Program-made: the position numbers and the translations under genes
The notes under the pieces: generated by a model
Told to the model about the DNA's origin: nothing
What the model saw: only the letters and a program-made list of their open reading frames with translations
Databases searched by the model: none
Source: Takakia lepidozioides
Taxonomy: Eukaryota; Plantae; Bryophyta
Assembly: GCA_030704615.1 (NCBI GenBank)
Contig: CM060734.1
Location: 1,364,001-1,428,000, forward strand
Direction: 5' to 3'
Length of the DNA: 64,000 nucleotides
In this document: positions 25,160-38,980 of the stretch, piece by piece
Numbering within the stretch: position 1 is the first letter of the stretch
How the letters are laid out: each line of letters begins with the position of its first letter

Positions 25160-26330
25160 ATGGGACTTCTTTTTCTTCTTCTTCTTTTCCTTCCCCTTCT
25201 CCACGACCATCTCCTTCCCCTTTCCCGCTACTTCCTCTCTCTCCTTCTCCCTCTCCCTTCTCTCTCTCTCCTCGGCAGCCCCTTCATTGATGGTAAAAGG
25301 GATCTCGGGAGATCGAGGGCTCTTCTTCTTACCTTTGGTGTTTGGGTCCTTCATGAACACCACGTGCTCTCCCTCATTGGCAACCCCACTGGACTGCACC
25401 AATGAGGCCAGCCATGTTGTTGCCTCTTGAAGACAAATAACCCCTCCAAATTCAAAAAAAAAACAAGCAACAAAGAAAATCATGCATGCAAAGGAAAGGA
25501 AAAATCATGGAACAAGGTGCAACAGTTGTACCTTTGCAAGCTTGTCCGACTCGCCCCTGGTGTCACCCGATGTGGGAGGAGTCCCCGTTGCCGGATGTGC
25601 CCGCTCTATCCCCTCCGGAGCGCCACTGGAAGTAGATTCCAGATATGGAGCATAGCCGGCGGCGGCGCCCCGTAGTCCAGGGCCTTCTTTGCTGACCGCT
25701 CAGGCTCGGGGAAGGGTGTCGCTGATCGGCTAGGCTGCTCCGAACCGGCCCATACCTCCTCCTCTGCCCCCCCCAAATGCGTATCAGGGTAGAAGCCCTC
25801 ACCCGGCTTGACTTCTTCGAGGCGCTTCGCTATCTTGGCCACTTCATTGGCCCTCCTCGTCTCCTCCTCCCTCATCGACAACAATGGGCTGGCAATGGAG
25901 GCTTTCAAAGGCCCTTGAACCTGACGTTGGGCCTTGGCAAGTGCAGCCTTTGCTGCAGAGGAAGGGGTCGCTATGGGGTTGACATCCAAAAGGTGCCCAT
26001 ACCGGGCCCCCGAACGGGGGATGTGCTTGCCAAGGTACATTTCACCCGTCTTGGTGGCCGGGGGTGTGCTCAACTGAGCATCCGGCTCAGCAATAACCTC
26101 CCGAATAGGAGAGTTGGCTGAGCCGGCCCCTGGTGCATCCAATGTGGACAAGAGGGGGGGTACTGGCCTCGGGGGGCAAACGAGCCCTCCGGCTGCGGCT
26201 GTCGACGGGGCTGGTTAGCCGTGAGACGCCCGGGCGCGTCACACGTGCCGGCAGAGCAAACGGATTGTCCGCCCATTTCTTTGGGGCAGGGGACTTCTTC
26301 TCTTCCCCATAAGCTGGCACCTGTCATGCA
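25160..26330 (-). other. Unassigned coding-like fragment (low-complexity, probably a TE accessory gene piece)
   Basis: ORFs 26087-26320, 25606-26151 and 25151-25483 with a plausible splice acceptor near 26322; no recognisable domain. Confidence 0.3.
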
Positions 26331-26546
26331 AACCCACAAGTTGGCCTCATTAGGAACATTCCAGATCAAAAACAAAAAAACCAAGCATGTCGGGGGCTGA
26401 GAGTAGCAAGTGCTCGGGGTCTCGAGAGGGGGCAACAAAAAGAAAAGAAAAAGGGGGGGGGGGGGGGGAGTGACTGAGCACCACGGGCTCAATCACTCCC
26501 CCCCCCCCCCCCCCCCCCCCATTTTTTATTTTTCTTGGTTTCCTGA

Positions 26547-26688
<142 letters not shown>

Positions 26689-26859
26689 TGCTGTTCACAA
26701 AGTAAACAACCACAAGGAGAGAGGGTGCAGAAAAAGTTAAAAGATTGTACTCATAAGACGTTGTTTGCCGTAGCCTCGTGGCCATTGACCCCGCGCCCAG
26801 TTTGAGCGGAATCAAAAGGGACAGAACCTGCCTCTGTCAGGGGCCGACGTTGGTAGTAA

Positions 26860-27776
26860 TGTCGCGCGGCTTTTACTCTTTACTCACCCATCCCCTTCGC
26901 TATTCGAGGCGGAAACTCCAAGATAGAAAGTTGGAAATCTCTAAGTACTCAGCCCGCGCAGAACAATCAGTCATGACCTACAGCTAGTGTATCATGGGGG
27001 TTTCCTATTTGTTTCCCTTTGGTATTCATGTTAGCTATCTTACCATTGATAATTAAGTATCAGTTTGCTTTATCAATCTATTGGTTCCATCACTCATCCA
27101 TTCATTCACAGCTTCACTCAGATCTCTCTACACAATGTGATTGTATCGTAAAAGTATCCGATTATGATTTATCAGGTATCAGGCCGAAGCCATTGTGTCT
27201 CTAATCTGCTCTACAATATCATCATCTCTCTATCGTCACTTCCGTCCCTCATCTCTGCCCGATCCCCTCTCCTCTATCACCAAGAAGTCCTCCTCCGAAT
27301 GATCCCTCAATTCCCCGTTTCTCTCCTTTATCTTCCTATCCGCGTTCTAACCGTTTCCCTCACTAACCGTCGTCTGTGAACTAACATGTTCCCTTCGCAG
27401 GTGTTGTTCCCCACAGTCGTTCCTGTCCTACTCTTCGTTCCCTATGATCGTGACAGCTGTGTCAAGCTGTGACTGGCTGTGTGAAATTGTGACGGGCTGT
27501 GAATGGCTGTGCGACTGTGTTTGGCTGTGTCGGCTGTGACTGGCTGTGTGGCTGTGCCGGGCTGTGTCGGCTGTGTCGGCTGTGTCTGTTGTGACGACTG
27601 TGACGGGCTGTGTTGGGCTGTGTGGGCTTGACGACTGTGACGGCTGTGACGACTGTGTAACCCCTGCTACAGTCGCTGCTGTCACCCCTAAGGCTCCTGT
27701 TGGTCTCAGTCTGTGCAAAAATAAGGGTACCCTACAGATCCCTATAAGTGTCTAAGTCCCCGACAGTCCTCTAACA
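26860..27776 (-). repeat. 3' LTR of copy D
   Basis: Near-identical direct repeat of 38960-39904; preceded by the PPT on the minus strand. Confidence 0.95.
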
Positions 27777-27804
27777 TTACCCTTCCCCCTCAAAAGCCGT
27801 GTCC

Positions 27805-30800
27805 TCACGGTTTACTGATTTCGACTAGCAAACCTTTGTGAGTGAGCACCTTCTTGACGTTGAGAGTTTCGTGGCGGACTGTGTGTACGAGCCCGAGGTC
27901 TGTCTCTGGTTGACGGAGATGGTTGATCACTACCTGGATAAGTGAGGCCCTCTGGAGGCTGATATCGAGGTAACCTTTCCGGCATAGGAGACCCCCCCCT
28001 TCGCTTCTTCTCTGCCATCTGAACTGCATAGTCTTCTCCCATGTCAAAAGAATTTGGTGAAGAAACAGTTGTATCAGAATCCTCATCGCCTCTCAGGTGT
28101 TTTAATTTTCGAACTTTTTGTGGAATCATCTGGGGCATACAATGCTGTCCTACCATGTCTGGAAGTTTGTATTTTACAACTTGGTGTAACCGCTGAACAG
28201 CAAAATTGGTGTAGACACTGAGCTCCTTGTCTGTCCAGGTGAGTGGGGTACCAATTACTGGTGCAGCGTGCAAGTATTTCCATGCCACATGTCCCTTATA
28301 GAAAATGTCATCAATGCCGAATTTCTGTGTTGACAAATGGTTCCAGGCCGCTTGAAACCATGAACGAATTTGAGAATCCTTTTGCATCATAACTTTTGGG
28401 TCATATAGGTACATATGAGGTGGCACCGAAGGTAATACCCAATGATCTCCACTGGAATAACTCAGAAAGCGTGTTTGCATCTTTTGTTGCTCAATGTGGT
28501 AACGTACCAGAAAACAAGCAGCGTAGTATAACCCGCACCCCATGACAATACTTGCTATCCTCCTTGGTCTTGGTATAAATGAGTCCATGTACAACCTGGA
28601 AAGCAATCAATTCCCTCAACATGGTACCTGCTTCGTGCCAGTATTGTGCAAAGTGATGATCTTCAATATGTCGATTGTTCGGAAGAACTTTAGTCCTAGT
28701 TGCCACTGGCAGCCAATACGCATGATTTGGTAGTAATGTGCGAATGACTGCGGAGGACTAAATTCTTTCCAAGCCAAATCCAACATGATGGGAATTTGGT
28801 TGAAGGGCATAATCATAGCCCTGTACTCCTTGCAGCTGGAGTTTTAGGTGGGTTAAAAGCGGCATTGCCCCATACCTCCGGCTGTGGTGGCTGTGGTGTG
28901 GTTGTAGTAACCACAGGTTCAGCTACTGTACAGTGACTTGTTGTGGTGGTGGTGGTACTGGCTCTTGTATCATTGGCATCTCCTGCACCTCCTGTGAAGA
29001 CTGAAAAGCCAAAGTTCTGGCTTGTAAATAAGAAGCCATTAGCTGTTCCTGAGGGATATAGACTCTTTGGTCGATGTTTGAAGTGAGGTCTTCCACTTGA
29101 GTCTGGAGTCCGTCTACATCCTCTTGTAACTCTGCTATCCTACTATAGACATTGTCTATAGTAGTTGTGGCAATGTTCTGCACCTGCAGCCTGAGCTCAT
29201 TCATCTCGCTTTGGGTGAGCTTCCGTGGTGCTTTGCCCTCTACTGGCCCTTGTGCTAACCAGACCTGCATAAGGCTGTTATCCACCAAGTTGCTTGTGGT
29301 TCCCTGAGAGTTTGCTCCTCTCTTAGCTTGTACAATTCCAACTGCTGTTGTAAAGCCTCCATGCGCTTCGCCTGAGGTTCAACCAATTGCGCATAAGCAG
29401 CAAGTAGATTATTGGCTTCCTTCCAAGCCTTGTTATTGACCGATTTCATTTCTATTGGCCATGATGGTTTGTTGCAACTCCACGATGTGCTTCTCTTGAT
29501 CAGCTTCACTGCCTGTATTGCTTGAAAGTATCTTCATTGCGACAGATTGTATTCTTCATATCGACAATGAGCTTCATTTGCTCAACATTCTCTTCTTCTG
29601 CCTTCGTACATTTTTCCGCTTGACTGTTTATTTCTTTTGTAGATTGGTCAAGCATAGTTGTAAATGTAGCACATTGTATCGCCATCCTGTTATGCACTGT
29701 GCAACTCCGTATGTAGTGCATTCAGTTCTTGCAACTTGCTTTCATGCTGCACCTGCATTTGGTATAGCTGTTGCTTATGTGCTTCGTGCAACTGGTCTTG
29801 CGCGAGGCCTGCCTCAATCAATTGTTCCTTGGCCAATTGCAAAGCCATTTCTGTATTTCCAAGTCCTGCTTCATCTTGAGAGTGACCTCTTCATCGACCT
29901 TGTTTGCACACTCAGTGGCAAGTCGAGCCTCAAACTCCTTCCTGAGTTCCTCTCTCAAGGCTGTCAATTGGGTAATTGGAACATGGGATTTGACATAAGT
30001 CCCCAACAAAATTAAGTGTCCTGCCTATGGAACTCATCAGCATTGCCTGTTGAGGGTCATCATGGTGAGGTTGCTGCTGTTCCTCCTGATCTTCAACAGT
30101 GTGATGTCTCACTAACCATTCAGGCCATTGTCCCACCGGATTTTCTTCCTGAACTACTTCATCTATCACCGGTGCTACAGTGTGACCTTCCGCCTGTGGT
30201 ACCTCCGACACAGGTGTGTGTATTATATGCACCTCAGGATTTCCCTTGGGCAACTGTTGCACCTCTGGATTTCTGTCTCCTTGACCAGACCAATATTCAT
30301 AGAGAAGGTCCCCCTTCTCTATTTCTGCCACTATCTGTTCTGTAGTTGGAATATCTAACCCTTCACTTTCCAAATCAATTATTTCTGGTTGAGCTGCATG
30401 GATAACTTGTGACCTTGTGACAAGTCGTTCAGGTGGCTGTGATGGTTGTGATGCAGAAGTAACTTCCTCCTCCTCTCTCTGAAGGTCCTGCTTCCAGTAA
30501 TAGCATTTCTCTGTGCTGCTGTGCCCCTTCCTGGCCATGAGCTTGGGAAACATTATCATGCGGAATCCGTGAAGCCAGTGGATCCGCCACTACAGTCTTT
30601 CCCCGTCTCTGCCTCTTAGTCTCGGGTTGCCCTGCTAGTCCACCCTCACTGTGTGAAGAGCCTTGCTCTTCCATTGCAGTTGTTTCTGGCTCAAACACTC
30701 CCATTTCCTTTCTTTTTCTTGCGCATTAAGTATGCCAGAATCAAGGATTATTTGAGCAATGATTGGGCCAGACACTATGATAGGAGACTTTGCGGTAGTA

Positions 30801-31980
30801 CCTTGTAATCTTTTCATCTCCTCTACCAGTGCGTTGTACATTATGTCCGCCCATTGTACCTCTTGTCCCTTCAGGCCTTTGAGTATTTCCTCTGAAGGAT
30901 CTGCTCAAATACTGTTGGTTCTGTTTCATGGCAATCAGAACGTTCAATACCTGGCCTACCTCTTTTAACCCTGGGTACACAGCCTTGGTACAAGCATAAC
31001 CCTGAGTTTTAAAGAAACTCCCTTCTTGGAATAAGTCCCCTATTTGCAGTCTTGCCCTGTGTTCTCCACATGCACCTGACCTGCTGGCAATCGAAACAAT
31101 TGCTGGAGGTATAGGGGAGTAATCATTAATTCAACTCCCTTCACCGTTGTTGTTCCTGTCCTTGGCTCAAAGTTCTGCAAAAATTGTAACATGTACTGTC
31201 TATGGTGTAGTGTCCAATCTAGGCTTTGCAATCCTTGCAATCTCAGCTCCTCCAGTATCTGTATCGCCTGTGGGGTAGCAATCGTTTGTTTCTGCAGAAT
31301 TGTGGTGCTCTTCACCCTGATTTCCTCCATTCCTCTCACTCTCTTCATTTTAGACTCACAGAACTGTTTTGGCTGTAAACAACTGCAGGAATGCCTGTAG
31401 TGCACAAAGCATAAACGTATGGTTGCCGCAGAAAGCTATGGGTAATTTCTTGTAAGCCTGCGGGGCTTGCAAGCATCGCTCAAGAGAAAAGCTCCGCTCT
31501 GTCCTTTCGTGTCTATGCCACTGCGTAAGTAATATTGCGAGCGTATAGTCTGTTAGTTCCTCCATAGTTTCCAAGTATAGCATTGATGGTCTGTCCTGTC
31601 GAGACGCCCGTTACTCAGAACGACGCCGCCTCTTGCGCTCAATTTCCCTCCATTTTCTTGATCCTTTCTCTGGTTTTCTATTGGCTGTATCCGCTGTGAC
31701 TGGATTTTAGATTTTATCTTCTTTAGTGGACTTTCCTGTTGGATAGTCCACTAGGATCACACATGTGACAAGAATTCGCTTTTCTGTACTTGCCGTTCGT
31801 TCCGTTTCCCTTTTTCCGTATCATTAATGGGCCCGCCTTTCATCCCTTTTGACGGCCGTTCTTGTCCTCTTTCTTTTTGACACCTGTTCTTGCACTTCCT
31901 TCTCGGCTGTGTGTCGCGCCCTTGACCTCCACGTGTCTATTTTTAAAGTAATTTCCGTTTCTCTTCCGTCAGCCATTTTC
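27805..31980 (-). CDS. Extra 3' ORF region of copy D (Athila-like accessory protein, coiled-coil segment, unknown C-terminal domain); frameshifted
   Basis: Chain of same-strand ORFs including QFLQNFEPRTGTTTVKGVELMITPLYLQQLFRLP, heptad-rich Q/E/K segments at 28900-30000, and a 264-aa ORF at 27812-28606. Confidence 0.6.
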
Positions 31981-32419
31981 CTGAAGTTATTATGTGTCCA
32001 CTTGTCACTGATTCTATGGATCGTGTAACTTAGTAGGCTGTGTTGAGCTGTGACAGGCTGTGTCATACTGTGTTACGCTGTGATAGGCTGTGATGCACTG
32101 TGGTAAGCTGTGATAGGCTGTGACACGCTGTGGTAGGTTGTGATAGGCTGTGTTGCGCCGTGCTGGGCTGTGATAGGCTGTGATGGGCTGTGATAGGCTG
32201 TGATGTGTGATAGGCATGGGCTGTGATAGGTGTGTCACGTTTGTTTTGCCCACCCTGGTCATATATGCTGGGCCTAGCGACAAGTGCTCCATACTCCGTT
32301 CGTAACACTGGTGCAGCCCGTGACTGCTCTTGCGTTTTCAACATGCAAATCATGCTGCAGGGTTTGTCATGGATACCACTGTACCCTTCAACTTATTTGC
32401 ATTGACTCTTCCCAGCATT

Positions 32420-35400
32420 TCTTTGTTAATGGTTTGTAACATGGCGGTTTGTTATCATACATCTTTTGTATGACATAAGGTCCTTTCCATGGTGATTTAA
32501 GCTTAGAAGCTTGAATCTTTCCTTTCTTCTGCAACCATAGAACCAAATCCCCCTCTTAAAAGTCTTTAACTTGCCTTCATCAAACTGTTCCTTTCGCTTC
32601 ATCTGAATTCTGGTCATATTATCAGCTGCATCAGCACGTACTTCTTCCACATGGTATAATTCATGTTTCCTGACCTTGATGGAGTCTTGCAATTCCATTC
32701 TCCCCACTCCGTTCTCATGGTAGGTAACAGGAATTCCACTGGAAGTAAGGCTTCCATACCATAAACTAATTGGAATGGTGTATACTTAGTGGTGACTTTA
32801 TATGAAGTCCTGTATGACCACAAAGCTGTCAGCAGCTTTGTATCCCAATCCGTTCTGTTTGCATTGACTATCTTAGCCAAGATAGTACATAGTATTTTGT
32901 TGGTAGCCTCTGCCTGCCCATTACCCTGTGGGTAATATGTTGTACTCTTTCTATGCACAATCATAAACTCTTTAGTCAACAACTCAATGGTCTCATTCAT
33001 GAAGTGACTTCCTTGATCACTGATAAATTCTAAGGGACAGCCAAATCGTAAGTATGTTCTCGTACAGGAACCTTGCTGTGGACTTGGCTGTGTTGTCCCT
33101 CAAAGCTTTAGCTTCCACCCACTTTGTAGTATAATCAGTGGCTGTAATTATGTACCTGTTCGTGTATTCTTGGATGGTGGGTTAATTGGTCCAACAAAGT
33201 CTAGTCCCCATTTCTGAAATGGTTCCGTAGGCATTGTAGGATGCAAGGCCATCCTTCCAGATCTCTGCAAAGGTCCTAGCCTCTGACATTCATCACACTT
33301 CTGACAATACTCGTGTACATCTTTGAACAAAGTAGGCCACCAGTATCCTGCGAGTAGTATCTTTCTACTGGTAGTCTCTTCTCCAAAATGACCTCCAGCC
33401 ACTCCTTTATGAACTTCCGCCAAAACTTTATTTACTTCATGGTGGTACAAGCATCGTTTTAGTACTCCATCAGGTCCTAACTTATACATTCTGCTTCCTA
33501 CCATAGTATAAGTAAAGCTTTGATAGCGATTCTTCTCTGCTCCTTACCATAACTAGGTGGGCACTGACCATGAGCAAGGTAGTATCTGATTGGCCACTGC
33601 CAATCTAACCAGTCATCTGCACTTCCCTGCACCTCCACTGCAAAGAGACTCGCATCTGGTAATTGATCATCTCCTGTGGCTGGTTCTCCTGTTGACAATC
33701 GTGACAAATGATCCGCCACAAGATGCAGTCCAGGCTTGTAAACAACCTCGAACTCAAACTCGTGCAAGATTATCAACCATCTTGCTATTCTTCCGCTTAT
33801 CAGAGGTTTGTTTACCCAGGTATATCAGAGCCTGGTGATCCACATAGAACATAAACTTCTTGCCCAACAGGTAATGCCTGAATTTCTTCACTGCATAGAT
33901 CATTGCCAATGCTTCTCTTTCCGTTGTGCTATAGTTCCTCTCAGCACTGTTCATCAACCGGCTAGCATAGTACACAGGTGAATCTATTTCCCTGTAACAT
34001 TCTGGGCTAACACCGCTCCCAACGCTTCTCCTGATGCATCGCAGTGAACATGGAATACTACATGCCAGTGAGGGTTAATCAGCACAGGTGTAGTTGTTAC
34101 TGACAGTGTAAGTTCCTCAAACCTGTTGACATTCAGCTGTCCAGGCAAACACTGCATCTTTCTTCAGAGTTTGCTCAATGGTGCTGCTATTTGTGCATAC
34201 CTTTTGACAAATCTCCTGTAATAACTGGTTTGCCCAAGGAATCTCCTAGACTTTTAACATTCACTGGTGGTGGAGAGGCTTTAATGGACTCTGTCTTTCT
34301 GGGATCCACAAGGAGTCCCTTCTTACACACAAATGTGTCCCAGAAGCACCCCTGAGTTCACACAGAAAGTACACTTCTCTGGATTCAGGCCCAGACCTCT
34401 CATCCTGCATCTGGCCAAACATAACTCCAATTTATGCAAGTGCTCATCTTAGAGCTGTACACACTGAAATCATCCAAGAATACCTGCATGAAATCATCCA
34501 GATACTCATGAAAAGATTCACTTATCACTCTCTGAAAGGTCGCTGGTGCATTACAAGTCCAAAGGGCATGACTTTGTATGCATAAGCCCCCAGTCTGTGA
34601 TGAAAGCTGTTTCCCTTGGTCTTCTTCTGCCACTTGCACTTGATTATAACCACTGAAGCCATCCATGAATGAGTACATCTCATGGCCTGCCACAGTGTCT
34701 AATACTGCTTCTGTGAATGGCAAAGGGAAAGGATCTTTCTTCGTACAAGCATTCAGCTTCTTATAGTTCACACATACTCTTAGTTTGCCATTCTTCTTGG
34801 GAACTATACAATGGGTGACAACCAAGTTGTATACTCTATTGGGTATATAAACTTAGCCTCAGCCAACTTCTTTATCTCTTCTCCAACCTTCTGTGCGTAG
34901 TTGGGATTCATTCTATACCTCGCCTGCTTGATTGGTACTGACCCTGGTTCCAGTTCAATCTTATGCTGACAGACTTCAGGTGGTATCCCTTTTAGATCCT
35001 CATAGCTCCAAGCAAATACATCTCTGTATTTGATGAACAAGCTTTTAGCTTCTTCGAAGAATTCCGGCTCCAAATCAGCTCCTACTTTCACCATCCTCGG
35101 TTCCTCTTTAGTTCCCACATTTACTTCTCTCACTGCTCATCAGCTGTGATTGTCCAACCAGTCACCACTTCATCCTGTAAGCTCACAGTGGCTGGTTCTT
35201 CTAGGATTTCTTTCTCCTTCTCTTTCTTCATAGAAATGTGATGGGTAAATGCTGGTTTCCTCTTCAGTTGGTGTTGCTGTCACTACACCACAGCAGATAC
35301 CTCTCAAACAACTTAGGCTTTCCAGCCGCATCTCTGCAACCTGCTCCCACTCTGGGTGTGCAGCAAATAGGGTAGCTTCCTGCTCCTCATCCAGTCCTCC

Positions 35401-38400
35401 TTCCAGTCATACTCTCTGACTCCTCGAGGTCTTCTTGTAGCAGGTAATCTACTAGATTTCTTTGTGGTAATTTGTATCTCGTGTATCCCATTATGCACGG
35501 TTAGTAACTGAGAATTCCAGTCATGGAATACCCTGGCCTGTTCAGCCACGGACGTCCCAATAATAAGGAGTAAGCCTCCATGACTTCATCCATTTTTAAT
35601 ACAGTTACTGTGATCATAAAGATCATTTTCTGTATCTGTATCTTAACTCCTCTTATTAATCCCAATGGCTGTACACTTCTTTGATCTGCCATTGTTACTG
35701 TAAATGGGGCTGGTTTCATGTTACTTAGACCAAGCTTCTTCCTTAATTGGTCTGTCATGATATTTATCTCCAGAACCACCATCTATCAGTACATCAGTTA
35801 GTTCTGTGCTTCCAATTCTCAATTGGATTACTGGCATAGAATCATCAAAGTCCATGACTGGTTTCTCGCCCTTCCGGCTTCACATTATAACTGGTCACCT
35901 TGCTGTTCAGGTCTGTGTTTCCTGTCTCTTGGCAATTCGATTGATTGCTTGATACAGCCTGTGCCTACAATAAGGTGCCACAGCTAATAGCTGTCCAATG
36001 GTAATTTCTGCTTTGGTCTGACATATTACTTCAGCCAAAGTCTCTTCATTACTTTGCATGTCTGCATCTTCTTTTTTCCTTTCTTCCTCTCCTCCCTTCT
36101 TTTTTCTCCATCCGAATCAGAGGAATCTGCCACAGGAATATCAGTACTCTTTTGCATTTCCCTTATAGTATCTGCCACTTCCTTGTGCAGTTCCTTCTCA
36201 TCTTTCCAAGTCTCTTCATCTTCAGGCATATCATTGCCACTTCCATCTCATCTTCTTCCTCTTCTACTGGAGGTATTAGTTTGGCTTTACTTCTTGTTAC
36301 TATCATTGTACTTACTTCTGGTACAACACATGGCCTAACCATGTGAGCTGCCACCACTGGGCCCTCATTCACAGGAGCTCTCATCTCATTCTGGTGTCTT
36401 ATCCAGAATGAACAGGCTGCCTTGCGATGTCCTGGCTGATTACAATAGTAACATAGCTCTTCACCATTGGGTCCTCGCCCTTGGTCTGTTCTTGGATTAT
36501 TTCTATAATCCTGATTCCCGGCTGGTAATTCCCCCTTGGATTACCCTGATAGTTGCCTCTGGAATTTCCTTGGTAATTCCCTCTTGAATTACCTCTCCCT
36601 TCCATGCCATTGTTATAACCACCAGACCTACTACCATAGTGGTCCTGATCATTGTTTCTTCTTGGCTGGGGCTGCACCTGATGCACCCTTACTTGCCTAG
36701 GTTCTCTTGCAGCTGTCCTTCTGTTGTAGTAACAATTCTCAGTAGAATGGTTATCCATTTTACAGATAGTACAGTGTTTCTCCTTCATGTGGCATTCTGT
36801 GGTGGTATGGCCTTCATTCTGGCACTTTGCACACCATACACCCTTCCTCCAATGTGTTGCAGCCTCTGTGGCATACTTCTTCAAGATTTCTTCCAATTTT
36901 TTTTCATAGTTATCCCTCTTCAACTTCTCCTTTCTCTTACTCTTTCTTTTTAGTTCTTGCTCTTCTTTCTTCTTCATCTGACTCATCCTCAGAGTCCTCA
37001 TCTCCTTTTTCTCTCTCTCCTGAGCATTCCCAATTGCTCAATTCTGTTCGCAGTTTCAAATGCCTCCTCCACTGTATTATGGGGTAACATATCCACTTTC
37101 TTTTGCAACTCTGGTCTTAGTCCACTCACAAACCAAGTCTTCTGTAAACCGGGCTGGTACTGCAGCCAGCTTTTTCATCATCAATTCCATCTTCTCCATA
37201 TACTCTTCAACAGTTTCATGCTTCTTCTGCTTCAGCTGTTGTAAACTTCCATACACTTCATCCTCAGTTTTACTTGTCCTGAACCTATTTCGAAATGCTT
37301 GTATTCAAGCCATTCCAGGTTAGGAAATGATTATCAGGAATCTTGCATACCATTCACTTGCTTTCTTGATAAGTGAACAAGGAAACAGTCTCATCTTGGC
37401 ATCATCGCCATTCTCATTGTTCACTATACACATGTGCTCAAATTGGCTAATGTGTACATCGGGATCCCCTTTTCCTGAATATATTGGAAAGGGTGGTTTT
37501 GCCCGTGTTGGTTGTAACGCCATCTGTGGCCCTACCTTCTGCCCACTGACAGGTGCTGGCACCCTTGCTGGTGCTGGTCCTTCTGGACCTGTTGTTTTTG
37601 TGGTGGATCTTCCACCAAGTGGTGGCCCTTGAGCACTCCCTGCTTCTGGCCCACGATATTCACAGTATTCCCAGCTTCAGTTGCACTACTTCCCACACTC
37701 CCTGTCCCCCCAGAGCCAGATCCAGGCAGCCCGCCTGATCCCCCTGAGCCGACACCTTCGTTGGCCTGTGATCCAAGTGCTCCACTTGATCCAGGTCCAA
37801 CGGGTTGGGATGTCCTGGTTGTAGTCTCAACCTCAGCTGTTGGGTCTACTTCTTCATATTCTTCTCTTTCTAATTTCTTCTCTCTGTTTTCATCCTCCAA
37901 GTTCTGCCCTTGGGTTTCTTCTTCACTCATGTAACTCAACTGTAATGGTGTTGGAGAGTCTGAACTCTCCGTTGGCTCTGCCACATCCTCTTCTCCTTCT
38001 TCACCTTCTGCTTCAGAAACTGGAGTTCCTGCTTTTGGTGTTCCATGCCAACTCTTATCAAAGATTTCTGTCAAATCTTTTATCCAAGGATGTACCTCAG
38101 ATCTTTCACCTCGTGATTTGATCTTCTTCCTGTACCAATTCCCTTAATCTTTCTTGCAAAGAAACAGAAGGAGTGGCATCCAACTCTAGTTCTTCCGGTA
38201 TAGGTGATGTACTCTTTGATCTTAATGGTGTGAGAGGTCCAGATGATTCCCCTATGTCTATTCCTCTCTCCCAAAGATATGGATAATTAGCTTTCAGATA
38301 GCTTTCTCTTTTTGCTGAATATCTCTGTCGTCTAGCTTCTCTTTCATCACTCATGTCCCATGTCTTCATTTCTTTTAATGTGGCAATAACCAAAACTCTC

Positions 38401-38980
38401 TTCTGTAATATCTCTCGTATGCCTGGGTTTCTTTCAAGCTTCAATGCGCACCCTTGGCATACTGAAGTCTCCGTTACCATATAACCATATGGCAAACAAG
38501 TCTGAAAAGCTGTTCTTGGTGTGAGTTTGATCCCAAAATATCCTTTGGAATCCAATTCTTTACCAGTACAAAGCTCTTCATGCATATGAGTAAAACATTC
38601 ACCTTTCTTTCTTCCCAGCCTTCAAACTCTACTCGTTTAATGGATAGCAATGCTATCACATAAACCAATGTTGGTAACCAACGTGCTCTTTCTCTACAGG
38701 CTACCTGATAAATCTTTATCACTCCTTTCTCCAGACCCCATTCTGGGTCAGCATCATGCACTCGTTTAAGAATATTTTCTTTACAACCGTCTGGCAATTC
38801 CAAGAACCTTTGAAAGAATTGTTTGGACAATCTTTCTTCCTTCGTTCCACAGGGAATTTGATTCACTTCAAATTCTTTAATGGTCCAACCACCATGATCC
38901 CACCAGATGCCTGTCACATCTAGTTGTTCATGTCTCAGGTCCCCAGTATGGTCGCCAAATGTCGCGCGGCTTTTACCCAT
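32420..38980 (-). CDS. 5' extra ORF plus gag-protease-RT-RNaseH-integrase of copy D (frameshifted)
   Basis: Three CCHC knuckles; protease LIDGGS...LLLGRPWL; [14 protein letters not shown]...DGFSGYNQ...FLDDF; integrase [26 protein letters not shown]. Confidence 0.92.
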
